From the NCBI RefSeq assembly GCF_035594765.1, contig NC_085844.1, positions 236,918,107 through 236,982,106 of the forward strand: a stretch of 64,000 nt of DNA, read 5' to 3'. The notes under the pieces were generated by a model, which ran no database searches, was not told the DNA's origin, and was given only the letters and a program-made list of their open reading frames with translations. Position 1 is the first letter of the stretch. Each line of letters begins with the position of its first letter. Shown here in pieces: positions 51,750 to 64,000 of this stretch. The stretch comes from Anolis carolinensis. Its lineage: Eukaryota. Made by a program: the position numbers and the translations under genes.

Positions 51750-54700
51750 ATGCGTGAAATTGTCCATGTCCAGATTGGTCAATGCGGGAATCAAATTGGA
51801 GCAAAGGTAGGAGGTTTGTTTTAGTCATGTTTTCTGAAAGATAAGGGGAAGCAGCTCTTAAACAACGGCATCCAGTGAGAATTTGGGGAGCATGGGATCC
51901 AGAAAATACTATTAACATTGTATGTACAAAACATGGGATTACAGTGAATGAATGAGAGTAAATGAGAAGAGACATGGTTGATTAGGTCAAGGGCCCATCC
52001 ATCCATTGAGAGGGAAATGTACATTTTCGGACCGCAATTGCCCATGCTGGCTGGGATAATTTTATGAGTTGTAGTCTAGAAGAGTAATATTTCCAAGGTC
52101 TGCCTCCATCTAATCCAGTATTACGTTTCCATAAGGTTTAACCAGATGCCAAACACAAGCAGAATTGTTACTTTCCAGTGATTAGTACTCAAAGGGACAT
52201 GATCCTAGAATTTTATGGTCTCATATAATCATCATGACAGGTTTTCAAATGAAACAGATACACACACACACACAAATTTCTTCTCTTAATTTGTTTGATC
52301 TCTTGGCTGTTAAAGTAACTGTATCATATGTATGCAGTAATTGTTATTTTTTCAGCCGATACATTCATTCATTGGTTCAAAAGGAATAGGGTTGTTGTTT
52401 GTTTTCCGGGTTGTATGGCCATGTTCCAGAAGTATTCTCTCCTGACGTTTCACCCACATCTATGCCAGGCATCCTCAGAGGTTTTCCAAAAGAAATAATT
52501 TGGTCTTTAGCCAAGCTTGCTGTACTATATTCATTGAGATTGACCAGTACAGCCATACCTGATAAAGACATTCTTTGCCCTTTAGTGCACCTCCAGCATT
52601 TTTATCTTGGGTTCTAGAATGCATTCAATAATTAGTTCAGTTTATTGATTAAAGAAATAAAATAGGAACTATTACATAATTCTGCACTTTTACTAAGATG
52701 TGTGGCCACATGAGAAAGAAGGCAGAACTCCTGTAACCTGAACAGTTGCATGGTTATCCACAATCAATTTTAGTGTTAAATATAAAACTATGTTGAGGTA
52801 GAATGAGTTAACAAGAGTCCAGGAGGAGAGGCGGAATTTGATATCGTATTTTAGGACATCATGAAGAGTTTTGTTTGAACTATGAGTGATTAAACTGTCA
52901 ATGTGTAAGATCTAAATCTTCTAAATGAGGATCAATCATTACAGGTAAGGTAAACTTCTACATCCAGAGGATATATACTTTTGAAAACAAATGCAGGGAT
53001 GGCCATCATGTTCACATTCAATTTCCAAAAACATTTGGCCAGCTGTTTTTAGTCTAGTCTATCAAGACCGTTTCTAATCATCTTCAGTTTAGAATTTCAG
53101 TCAGGGCATTAAAAAGGAGAAACATTTTTTGTGTGTGTGCATGGAATATGAAGTAAGCACAAGGGGCATTTGGAAGCGCTGATGTCCATAGGAGGAGGGT
53201 GTGTTTGCACTCACACTCCTGCCATCCCAGATAAGGGGACGGCAGGGCCGAGTGTCCGCGTGGGTTGGCTAGATAGGCAGGCACTCTCTATTTGGAAACC
53301 AGCTCTGCATGGTCCCTTCCAGTCTGTGTCACTCTAGGTTTGTAGAGAAAAGGCTCACTAGATGTTGCATACCCACCAGCTGCCTTAATTTGGCAGAGAT
53401 AACCAGAGTGGCGAAGTGTGTTAAAGCGCTGAGCTGCTGAACTTGCGGACCAAAACGTCCCAGGTTCGAATCCAGGGAGCGGAATGAGCGCCCGCTGTTA
53501 GCCCCAGCTCCTGCCAACCTAGCAGTTCGAAAACTTGCCAATGTGTGTAGATCAATAGGTACACAGCTCCTCACTAATCTGGATAGGTTGAGATGGCTTC
53601 TACCATTCAAGTATCTTTAAAGTCACTGTTTCATTCTGAATAACAAGAAAGCAAAGAGCTACTTTTAAATGGCAACTATAACACTAACTGTGAGGTCTAT
53701 AGTACTAATAATAATAATAAAATAATATTTTTTTTCAACACAGCTTCTAAATACTGGTTGTAATTGATGAGGGCTTCCTTTTGGCCAATGCTTTGCCTTT
53801 GCAGCTGTGCCTCACTTTCCCCCCTGCTGTTTTCCTCCTTAACAGCATTTTTAAGGGTTATTTCTCTGCTATCCCATGCTGAACCCCGGTGGTGAAGTGT
53901 GTTAAAGCACTGAGCTGCTGAACTTGCAGACCGAAAGGTCCCAGGTTCAAATCCCGGGAGCGGAGTGAGCGCCCGCTGTTAGCTCCAGCTTCTGCCAACC
54001 TAGCAGTTTGGAAACATGCAAATGTGAAATCAATAGGTACTGCTCCTGCGGGAAGGTAAAGGCGCTCCCATGCAGTCATGCCGGCCGCAGGACCTTGGAA
54101 GTGTCTATGGACAACGCCAGCTCTTCGGCTTAGAAATGGAGATGAGCACCACACCACGACTGGACTTAACGTCAGGGGAAACCTTTACCTTACCTTTATC
54201 TTATCCCATGCTGAATGGTTTAATATCGAGCTTTTAATTTCAGTTAATGTCACTTCCTAATTTTGATCTCTCACACCCTCTCTTTACATATTTATTTTAT
54301 GGCACTGACCTTTTTTGAGCAATTTCTTCCTGTTGTTGCATTATGATTTAAGATGTATGATTTAATCTGAATGATGCCCAGAACATGTTTTTGGTGAAAA
54401 AGCAAAGTATAAATCAGGATGAGCGATACACAGACTACATGAGGTATCGCAAGGGTGTCCTGAAAACTGTGCCAAATTATGCTTTGGCATTATTGGTGTT
54501 AACTGTGGGCTGAGAAGCAACCACATTTGGTATAATTAAATATGTTGTGGTTTGCTACTAAATTTTGGCAGTAATGGGAAATATTATTTATCCCATTTAA
54601 TGAGAAATATCCCATTCAAGGCAAGTAAATGCTGGCTTTCAAGGACTGCTGCCTTACTCACATATTTGTCTTCTGTACCTGCTGAAGTTGTTCATCTCTG

Positions 54701-57700
54701 CCATAAATATACTGAATGAATAAATAGGATGAAAACTCTTGTCTCCCTTAAAAAAAGAGTAGGATATATATAGTAATGTAGATGTGACTCTAATCATTCT
54801 TTCTGTTTTTAAAATGGGATCAGAAGTAACGTGTTTTCAAACTCTCTCCTCTGCTCATTTTTCAGTTCTGGGAAGTCATAAGTACTGAGCATGGAATCGA
54901 CATCACAGGGAACTACTGTGGTGATTCGCCGCTGCAGAAGGAAAGGCTTAATGTGTACTTCAATGAAGCCTATTGTAAGTATAGAGGGTTTGGACTAAAT
55001 TGCCTGCTGATGCAATTATAAAAGATAAAAATAGCAAAGGTTTTTATCTTTCATTGACCTGAATGAAGTTTGCATGTATGTATGTGTGCAAAAATGTTTA
55101 TGATAATAGATGTACAGATTGAAGTGTCAACCTCAGAGAGAGAAATTGTAGCACTATAGCATAGAGGCTGTGCAGTTGATTTCAATGGACCTTATTTTGA
55201 ATATGGGGCCCCTGGTGGCACAGTGTGTTAAAGCGCTGGGCTGCTGAACTTGCGGACCAAAAGGTGCCAGGTTCAAATCCCGGTAGCAGAATGAGCACCT
55301 GCTGTTAGCCCCAGCTCCTGCCAACCTAGTAGTTCGAAAACATGCAAATGTGAGTAGATCAATAAGTATCGCTCCAGCGGGAAGGTAACAGCGCTCCATG
55401 CAGTCATGCCAGCCAAATGACCTTGGAGGTGTCTATGGAGAATGCCGGCTCTTCGGCTTAGAAATGGAGATGAGCACCAACCCCCAGAGTCGGTCACGAC
55501 TGGACTTAATGTCAGGGGAAACCTTTACCTTACCTTTTTATTTTGAATATAGTCATCTTCCACTTAATTGATGGGCCATAGTGTTGTCAAAATGTGGAAA
55601 TGGTTGAAGTTTAGGACCAAGACTTTTTTTTAAAGCTTGCATAAATACATTGGCATTGAGGACATATACTTAAAACTGAAATTTAACTTTCAAGATCTTT
55701 GAACAGGGTGAAAAGTTATTCTAAGCACAAATACAGTGTAAGACAAAAGATATACCATGAACAAATTCTATACAGTACTGTACACGCACTTGGAAAAGAC
55801 CCTTCAGAACAAAGTACAGTAGAGTCTCACTTAGCCAACATAAACGGGATGGCAGAACGTTGGATAAGCGAGTATGTTGGATAATAAGGAGAGATTACGA
55901 AAAAGCCTATTAAACATCAAAATAGGTTATGATTTTACAAATTAAGCACCAAAACATCATGTTATACAACAAATTTGACAGAAAAAGTAGTTCATTACAC
56001 ATTAATGCTATGTAGTAATTACTGAATTTATAAATTTAGCACCAAAAATCACGATATATTGAAAATATTGACTACAAAAATGTGTTGGATAATCCAGAAT
56101 GTTGGATAAGTGAGACTCTACTGTACTGTGGTTTGAGCTGCAATGACTCCTTTTAGCAGCTGGTGAAGCTTCCCAGAGAACCTGCTGCTTTGGATCTCTT
56201 GGACTGAGTAAGCATTTCTCAGACTGAGAGCTCTAAATGGTTTCAGGTGGTCATGTCACATTTGGCTGTGTCTGGGTGGCTAGTGACATTGCTTGGCATA
56301 TCAAGGCTACTAGTGGGAATCCATAGATCTCAGAGAGCTATTTGCAGTTCTTTTTAATATGCCAAAGGACTTCTATGAGGTATAGCCATTAAAAATAATA
56401 ATCATAATTTGAAAATTTACATTTAAAAAGAATTTTAAATAGCATCCCCTGATACTTCTTGCACTAATTGTGACTCACCTGTTTCCCTGTTGCTGCAGCC
56501 AATAAGTATGTTCCCCGTGCCGTCCTAGTAGACCTGGAGCCTGGAACGATGGACAGTGTGCGGTCGAGCAAAATAGGTCCACTCTTTCGACCTGACAACT
56601 TCATTCATGGTAAGTGTAATGTGTTAATATTAATATGATGTAATACAATGGTTCCTTGGGATCCACTGGTTTGAGTTCCAGGACCCTGCAAAGATACCAA
56701 AACCCATGAATGCTCCCATTATATACAATTGTACAGTAATAATGTGCCCCTTGTATGAAATGGCAAACAACTCAAATGAATTCTGGAGCCCCTCCCACCT
56801 AAATATTTTTGAGATGTAGTTGGTTGCAGAATCTGTGGATATCGGGGGGGGGGGGGGAGAGAATTTTCAGAAGCAAGAGGGCTGGTTTGTACAACCATTG
56901 CTTAAGAGAACTCAATGCCAATCCCTCTTTATTCCCAAAAATACGGCAGTATTTCTAGCTTCCAAATATTCTGGGAAGGTTTTGCTAAAATGCTTGGTAA
57001 CAAGAGCTCTTTTAATAAAAACCAGTAGAAAAAATCTAGACAGTGCTTTCATGTTGCAGAATTGCAGCAATATAGCATTTTAGCTGTTATGGCTGCATAC
57101 ATGCCATTTTGCAATATATGGACACAAGTTATTTCCAAATCAGTTAAGAGCATCATAATATTGCCTGATGGAATTACGACAACAGCTGGTTTATTTTGGT
57201 CCTTTTTGCATTTGTATGTAGTCATTGACTAGTGTGGTAGCCTCCTCCTTATCACATTTAATTATCTTATAAAAATATATAACCAGGAATGTATTATTTT
57301 TTTTTTAGGAAATTCAGGTGCTGGTAACAACTGGGCAAAAGGCCATTACACCGAAGGAGCTGAGTTGATAGAAAGTGTCATGGATGTTGTGAGGAACGAG
57401 TGTGAGGGCTGTGACTGCCTCCAGGGTTTCCAGCTTGCCCACTCTCTTGGCGGTGGAACGGGATCTGGGATGGGCACTCTTCTGATCAACAAGATCAAGG
57501 AAGAATATCCAGATAGAATCATGAACACCTTCAGTGTGCTCCCATCACCCAAAGTTTCTGACACAGTCGTTGAGCCATACAATGCCATCTTATCTGTGCA
57601 CCAGTTGATTGAGAACACAGATGAGACCTTCTGCATCGATAATGAAGCTCTATATGACATCTGTTTTAGAACGCTGAAGCTCCGCTCTCCAAGCTATGGG

Positions 57701-58390
57701 GACCTAAACCATTTGGTGTCTCTCACCATGAGTGGCGTCACCACCTCACTCCGATTTCCTGGCCAGCTCAATGCCGACTTGAGAAAGTTGGCTGTTAACA
57801 TGGTGCCGTTTCCTCGACTCCACTTCTTCATGCCAGGCTTTGCTCCATTAACAGCTCGGGGAAGCCAGGAATACAGAGCTCTCTCTGTCCCAGAGCTCAC
57901 CCAACAGATGTTTGATGCAAGGAACATGATGACGGCCAGCGACCCACGTCATGGGAGGTATCTGACAGTGGCCTGCATCTTTCGAGGCCAGATGTCTACC
58001 AGGGAGGTGGATGAACAGCTGTTGGCTGTGCAGACCAAGAACAGCAGCCACTTTGTGGAATGGATCCCCAACAACGTCAAGGTGGCTGTATGCCACATTC
58101 CACCTCGTGGACTGAAGATGTCTTCTACTTTCATAGGGAACAACACGGCCATACAGGAGATCTTCAGCAGGATCTCTGCACAGTTCTCAGCAATGTTCAG
58201 GAGGAAAGCATTTCTCCATTGGTACACTGGCGAAGGAATGGATGAAATGGAGTTTTCAGAAGCAGAAGGCAACACTAATGACTTGGTGTCTGAGTACCAG
58301 CAGTATCAAGATGCCACAGCAGATGTAGTAGAGTATGAGGAAGTAGAAGAGGAGGAGGAAGTCAGTCAGGAAGAAAAGGAAGCTCCTTAA
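51750..58390 (+). CDS. TUBB1: Tubulin beta-1 chain (class VI, haematopoietic), 452 aa; exons 51750-51806, 54866-54974, 56499-56609, 57309-58390
   Basis: [19 protein letters not shown] / FWEVIS... / [25 protein letters not shown]... / [17 protein letters not shown]...GGGTGSG... with an acidic tail. Exon sizes 57/109/111 are typical of beta-tubulin. Class VI-like residues (QIGQ, RSSK, NVKVAVC) and position between CTSZ and ATP5F1E support TUBB1. Confidence 0.95.
52389..52483 (-). mobile_element. Penelope-like terminal fragment with hammerhead motif, antisense in TUBB1 intron 1
   Basis: cctgacgtttcacccacatctatgccaggcatcctcagagg matches the same family. Confidence 0.75.
53884..54200 (+). mobile_element. 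Sauria SINE in TUBB1 intron 1 (partial copy at ~53400-53562)
   Basis: Consensus body with TSD tatcccatgctgaa. Confidence 0.8.
55205..55537 (+). mobile_element. Sauria SINE in TUBB1 intron 2
   Basis: Consensus body with TSD ttattttgaatat. Confidence 0.8.
55817..56123. mobile_element. Tc1/mariner-type MITE (same family)
   Basis: Same TIRs with a TA target duplication. Confidence 0.8.
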
Positions 58391-58629
58391 GAGTAGTAAT
58401 TTACCCTGAAAAGCACCTTACTTCTCATAGGTTGGCTGGACTCACCTTTTCAGAAGGAACATAATCCATTTTTGTATATTAAACCAAAGAACATTGTTCA
58501 TTCAAAACACATACACACCCAAAGAAATCCCCCTACATATGTACATCTACATATTGTCTTCTTGGACTTTTTCATGATAAATTAATTTCAGCATACAACC
58601 AATCTTATGAGGAACAGCCATTTGTTTCA

Positions 58630-58635
58630 AATAAA
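58630..58635 (+). terminator. Candidate TUBB1 polyadenylation signal (another AATAAA at 60108-60113)
   Basis: AATAAA 240 nt after the stop codon. Confidence 0.45.
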
Positions 58636-61084
58636 AGGGGCAGCAATGTTTTTCACCAGCTGTTTATCTGCCCTGCACATCTATTTATCGGACAGGTTTT
58701 ACTGAGTCGGCATTCTAACCATGATGGTCATGGAGCAACAGATTCAAACTATAGGAAAAAAGATTATACCTAAACATTAGGAAAAAATTTCCCAACAGCA
58801 AGAGCTATTTGACAGTGGAATACTCTGGCTCTGGATGTCGGAGTCTCTTTCTTTGGAGTTTCTTAAACAGAGGCTGGATGGTCGTCTGCTGGGAGTGCTT
58901 TCTTTTTGTATTCCTGAATGAGATTGGACTGGATATTCTTGTTTATTCCAATTCATTGATTTTATAATTGTGCAAGAAAGTAAAAAATGCTCTTTGTGAA
59001 ATCAAATGCAATAGCAACGCAAAACTGTTCTCCATTTCTGGCATATTCTCAAAATTGCCATCAGAACAAGATATCAGCAGTCTTCCCACTGCCTCAAATC
59101 TTTTACTCGAATATATGTGGAGAGGGGTTCCTTTGAACCATGGCGACTATAGGCATTTGATAAACCTAGATCCCATTATTTGGTTATTTTTAAAGCCACC
59201 TAATCTGTGTGTGGCAAAGCCAATAGTTTAGATGGCTTTAAAAATAACCAAATAATGGGATCTAGCCTAGAGATGCCTGACTGCTAATCCTGTGAATTCT
59301 TATATAGTAATAGATCCTACTGAATTCCGGGCTTAACGTCCCAATAAACAAAGATCAGGTTAAGCTGTATAGTGGTATGTGTGTATGTTTGTGTATGTAT
59401 GAAAAGTTTCCAACTATGGGATTCAAAGGTCAAGAAATGAAAGGAGAAATTGATCACACTTTGCCCATGTTCCAATTTTAGTATATGCGCTGCCGAAGCA
59501 AGCACCACTTTGCCCATGTGGTACTTCCCAAAATGGTTGGAACAGAACTCCCACCAGCTTGCTATCCTAATCAATTGACAGTTCAATGGAAGTTTAATGT
59601 AAAATAATGGAAATAAATGTATATAAAGCAGTCAACACAAGGCATGCACAGATGTCAGAAATAATATGGGCAGAAAAATCCATTCTTACAGTAGAACAAA
59701 AGCTTAGCCCTAAAATAAATGTGATGTTGCTAAACTATTGCTCCCAGCATATTATACTCTTGGTGAGGAGCACTGGAAAAGCACAAGATGCCCATTCTGG
59801 CTTTAGAGAGAATGACATTTTACTGCAACCCACTATTTGTTCTTTCTTTTCCTCAGCTGACAATTAAAATGGTGCTTTTATTTCCAAGCCACTTTATGGA
59901 GTCAAGGTATAATTGATCTGAGTGCACTGCTTGAGCATTGTAGTGCAAACCTTTGAATGCTTATATTTATTACATTTCCTTTTTTTAACAAAACCAATTT
60001 TGCTAGGTGAAAAAGTGATAGATACTTGTGATGTCAACTTGTGTGAAGAGCTATTTCTTAGCTGCCATTTTTTCAGTATGCCTTTCGCTGCATGTACCAT
60101 AAAATGTAATAAAAAGTGTGATGAAACACTGTGAATATTTATTTGTTCCTCAATCTTTGCACTAATTAAGGATGAGAGGGAATACAAAACTTTATAGCTA
60201 AAAAAATAACCGATCTATCTCAGATTCATTGTGCAGTATTTAAACATGAGCCTAAACAATTCAAAAACAAGATAAGAGTATACAAATTGATTTTGCATTT
60301 TGTCTTAATAAAACTATGAGGAAGGATAGATGTGGCATGCTAGGTAGCTAATTTTATAATGAAAGTAAAAAAACGGCTGCCAAGGAACATTAAGAATATA
60401 TAGCATGAGAGAGAAAAACCTTGTAGATATAAGCTGGTTCAGCTTAAAAATAAAGAAAATGTGAGTACTTATTTCCTTGTTAGTAATATTACCAAATCAC
60501 TTTTGAATTCATAAGCCTCGCAGTTTCAAATGGAAAAGATTTTAGCACGTTCCATTCTCTTTTTGAAATTGATAGAACTTTAAAAGCGAATACTTTCAAA
60601 TTGAATTGGGCCTAGAATGTACATTGCGTTCGGTACATTCTAGTACATAGACAGCCACTACATGCCAAAGGACTTCCTAAAATAATGCTTTGTGTTCAAA
60701 GCATTAACAGGTGTTACCTGCCAAATTAAAATCATTTACAATTTAAGCTAGCTGTGAGAACAAAGCTGCAATATTGTACTAACTTACTTGGAAAAACACC
60801 CTAGTGAAACTTCTGAGTGAACATAGTATTGTTTAGTAAATGAACAACAATTTAATCTTCTTTTAATCTGGATGTTGCGTACTGAGATCTTTGGAGATGA
60901 CTTTAATTATATTTTAAAGCATACTACTACAATTGATTGAATGCTCTTATCCAAATAACTCTTATTATCCCCTTCTAAGAAACACATTAAAAAGTTGAAA
61001 AAATACAAACACTTGTATTGTTACACAATTCCACCAAAAACGTGCTGTATCATTTTACTGTGTAAGGGAATATACATTAGAAGC

Positions 61085-61212
61085 ATGTTCATAAAGTTCC
61101 ATTTATTAGCATGCTGATTTACACATTTACAGAGAAACGTCAGAAAGCATGAAGCAGTTGTGTCTAGGAGCATAATCACCAGCTGTCATTTTGCCTACTA
61201 GACGATCAGACC
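61085..61212 (-). other. ATP5F1E: Probable non-coding last exon (3' UTR) of ATP5F1E
   Basis: Minus-strand acceptor ttgtcttacAG at 61214-61213 and AATAAA at 61107-61102; pairs with the donor at 63820. Confidence 0.7.
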
Positions 61213-61719
61213 CTGTAAGACAATTAAAACTTGGAATAAATACATGTTACAATGCGCAATGTGGCTTAAAACTCCTAATACAATAATTAAGACATTATTC
61301 TCTATACATTTGAGGTTTACAAGTTCTAATAAGTTATTAAAGCGAGCTGCCTTGCAAAACAAATCAATATAACTCACAACAGTTTCTAACCATATTTTAG
61401 TTATTCTATGACTTTCTAGCAGTGTTACATGGACTAGATATGTATTTTTTCAGCAGCAGACTTACTGAATCAATGCAAATTTGGTAAGTCAATGCTTTTA
61501 GGTTCTATGATTCAATGTTTCTATCTAGCTGGGTATAATAAATGGAATTAAGATTCCTGTTGAATATGGCATTAAAAAGAAGTTTCCTGTTAAATAGCCA
61601 GTAAAGGCTAGCTTTAGAAACCCGTGTTTGACATACCTTTATCAGTTCTATTGCAACTGAAACAATAGAAACAATAGAACCTCTGTTCCCACATAGCTGT
61701 ATCCTCTTATTATATAATA

Positions 61720-63587
61720 CTAGCTGTGCCCGGCCACGCGTTGCTGTGGCGAAGTATGGTGGTATGGGAAATAAAGTATTGAGGAATTGGTGGTAGTTAA
61801 GGTCAAGGGTAAAGGTTTTCCCCAGACATTAAGTCCAGTCGTGTCTGACTCTGGAGGTTGGTGCTCATCTCCATTTCTAAGCCGAAGAGCCGGCGTTGTC
61901 CGTAGACTCCTCCAAGGTCATGTGGGATGACTACATGGAGCAGCGTTACCTTCCCGCCGGAGCAGTACCTATTGATGCACTCACATTTGCATGTTTTCGA
62001 ACTTCTGGGTTGGCAGAAGCTGGGGCTAACAGTGGGGGCTCTCTCCGCTCCCCCAATTCAAACCTGTGGCCTTTCGGTCCAGAAGTTCAGCAGCTCAGCG
62101 CTTTAACACGCTGCGCCATCAGGGGATATTATTTCCTAAAGGTTGTGAATATACAATATTTCTGATTGGTTTTTTTTGTTTGTTGGAGGCAAGTATGAAT
62201 GCTGCAATTAGGAAAAATGATTAGGATGTAATGGCCTTGCAGCTTTAAAGCCTGGCTGTTTCCTCCCTGAGTGAATTTTTTGTTGGGAGGTGTTAGCTGG
62301 CCCTGATTGTTTCCTGTCTGGAATTCCCTTGTTTTCAGAGTGGTGTTGTTTGCGATATTTTATGTGCTTCTACTGTCTGTGGCCCTGAGAAAACAGAGGA
62401 TTTTCCAGACTTTGATGATGGGAATACTTTGTTGGGAGGTGTTAGCTGGCCCTGATTGTTTCCTGTGTGGAATTCCCTTGTTTATTTACTGTCCTGGTTT
62501 TAGAGATTATATTGTTCTGCATTATTCTATCCCAGTAATTATTTCATATTAAAGAAGAATCTCACTTATCCAACATTCGCTTATACAATGTTCTGGATTA
62601 TCCAACGCAGTCTGCCTTTTCATAATCAATGTTTTTGTAGTCAGTGTTTTAAATTCATTGTGATATTTTAGTGGTAAATTTGTAAATACAGTACAGTAGA
62701 GTCTCACTTATCCAACATAAACGGGCCGGCAGAACGTTGGATAAGCGAATATGTTGGATAATGAGGAATTAAGGATAACCCTATTAAACATCAAATTAAG
62801 TTATGATTTTACAAATTAAGCACCAAAACATCATGTTAGACAACAAATTTGTCAGAAAAAGTAGTTCAGTACTCTACTGTAAATACTACATAGCATTACT
62901 GCGCATGGAACTACTTTTTCTGTCAAATTTGTTGTATAATATGATGTTTTGGTGCTTAATTTGTATAACGATTACCTAATTTGATGTTTAATTGGCTTTT
63001 CCTGAATCCCTTCTTATTATCCAACATATTCACTTATCCTGCTGGCCTGTTTACGTTGGATAAGTGAGACTCTACTGTATATTGATAATCTTAAATTATC
63101 TGCTTAGAACTGGATTATATGAGGCCCCTTCTTCACAGCTGTATAAAATGCACACTGAAGTGGATTATATGGCAGTGTGGAGTCAAGATAATCCAGTGCA
63201 AAGCAGATAATATAAGATTATAAATGGGTTATATAGCTGTGTTGAAGGGCCTTGAGTCTACACTGCCATATAATCCAGTGCAAATTAGATAATCTGTGGA
63301 AGAAGTGTAAGTGAGGCCTAAATCTGCCTGTCCCCTAACTGAAACCTGGCTGTCCCTTGGTTGCTAGGCAACCAAGTGGGCAGAGATTAGCCCTCTAAAC
63401 TGGCAGCAATTGGATAAAAAAAATTATTGCTCTCCCTCTAATTAGGACTTTATTTTTCTTTTCTTTTTGTTGTATCAACCTTGAGGCGTGGATGATGGGT
63501 TGTGTTGTCAAATTTTGAGGTTGGGGGGCCTGTACTTTTGTTGTTTTGTGAATTGCCGTGATGCCATCACTCTTTTATATATATAGA
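61720..63587 (-). mobile_element. Non-autonomous Helitron in ATP5F1E intron 2, with nested Sauria SINE (~61808-62125) and Tc1-type MITE pieces (~62553-63076)
   Basis: On - it starts A|TCTATATATATAAAAG and ends with a gccac..gtggc hairpin then CTAG|T; no TSD. Confidence 0.8.
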
Positions 63588-63827
63588 TCACGATACACCC
63601 AAATCTTACTTGAGTCTATAAATTCTCATTTGAACAGTTAAACAGGATAAACATCCAACTGTCAAAGAGGTTCACAAGGACATTAAATCCCTAGTGTCTC
63701 TTTATGAATGTTTGAACCATCTGTAGCATTTAACACAGAGGACAGTAGAAGATACTATTTGGTCCTCTAAAAATGTGTACCACTACACTGAAAAAAGATC
63801 CCACAAAATTCTTCACTTACTTTGATA

Positions 63828-63951
63828 TCATTCTTTTTTAGGTTTCACTATTTTTACATTGGCTCCTGCTGTTTTCTCTGCCTCTGCTTTAAATTGTGGT
63901 TTCAGTGCATCTCTTACTGCCTTGGCGCAAATTTGGGAATATCGGATGTAG
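63828..63951 (-). CDS. ATP5F1E: ATP synthase F1 subunit epsilon, coding exon 2 (exon 1 outside the window)
   Basis: tttttacAG acceptor, then (S)[47 protein letters not shown] donor follows 7 nt after the stop. Too short to appear in the ORF track. Confidence 0.95.
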
Positions 63952-64000
63952 CTGTAAAAAAAAGTATAAATCAATGGAATAACTGTTAAATCTCCTAATA

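Noticed and set aside
52861-52950. ATG followed by a strong CAG|GTAAGG donor in TUBB1 intron 1
   Set aside because: In-frame stop and no tubulin similarity; the true exon 1 is at 51750.
57346-58275. Antisense ORFs over TUBB1 exon 4
   Set aside because: Shadow frames of a coding exon.
60612-60643. 11-bp hairpin ctagaatgtac/gtacattctag between TUBB1 and ATP5F1E
   Set aside because: Short and isolated; no support for function.

Overview
Vertebrate genomic DNA, almost certainly from an Anolis-type lizard (inferred from Sauria SINE, AnolisSINE2, Vingi and Penelope repeats). It covers the CTSZ-TUBB1-ATP5F1E syntenic block. In order: (1) a canonical cathepsin Z gene on + (exons 2-6; exon 1 not found in the window); (2) a tandem array of three complete, intact cathepsin Z-like paralogues on - (A 14027-23487, B 28593-34984, C 38986-45544), convergent on the canonical gene; (3) TUBB1 on + (4 exons, 452 aa); (4) the 3' part of ATP5F1E on -. 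Main finding: all three paralogues keep the Gln/Cys/His/Asn catalytic residues and the pro-peptide Cys. They replace the cathepsin X mini-loop HIPQY (carboxypeptidase determinant) with GVPQF and differ from each other mostly at S2/S3 pocket positions, which looks like a neofunctionalised protease subfamily. Second finding: a Penelope-like insertion in the 3' UTR of copy B forms a 247-bp perfect palindrome and carries hammerhead ribozyme motifs. One 130-N gap lies inside the array. All coordinates were read by eye.
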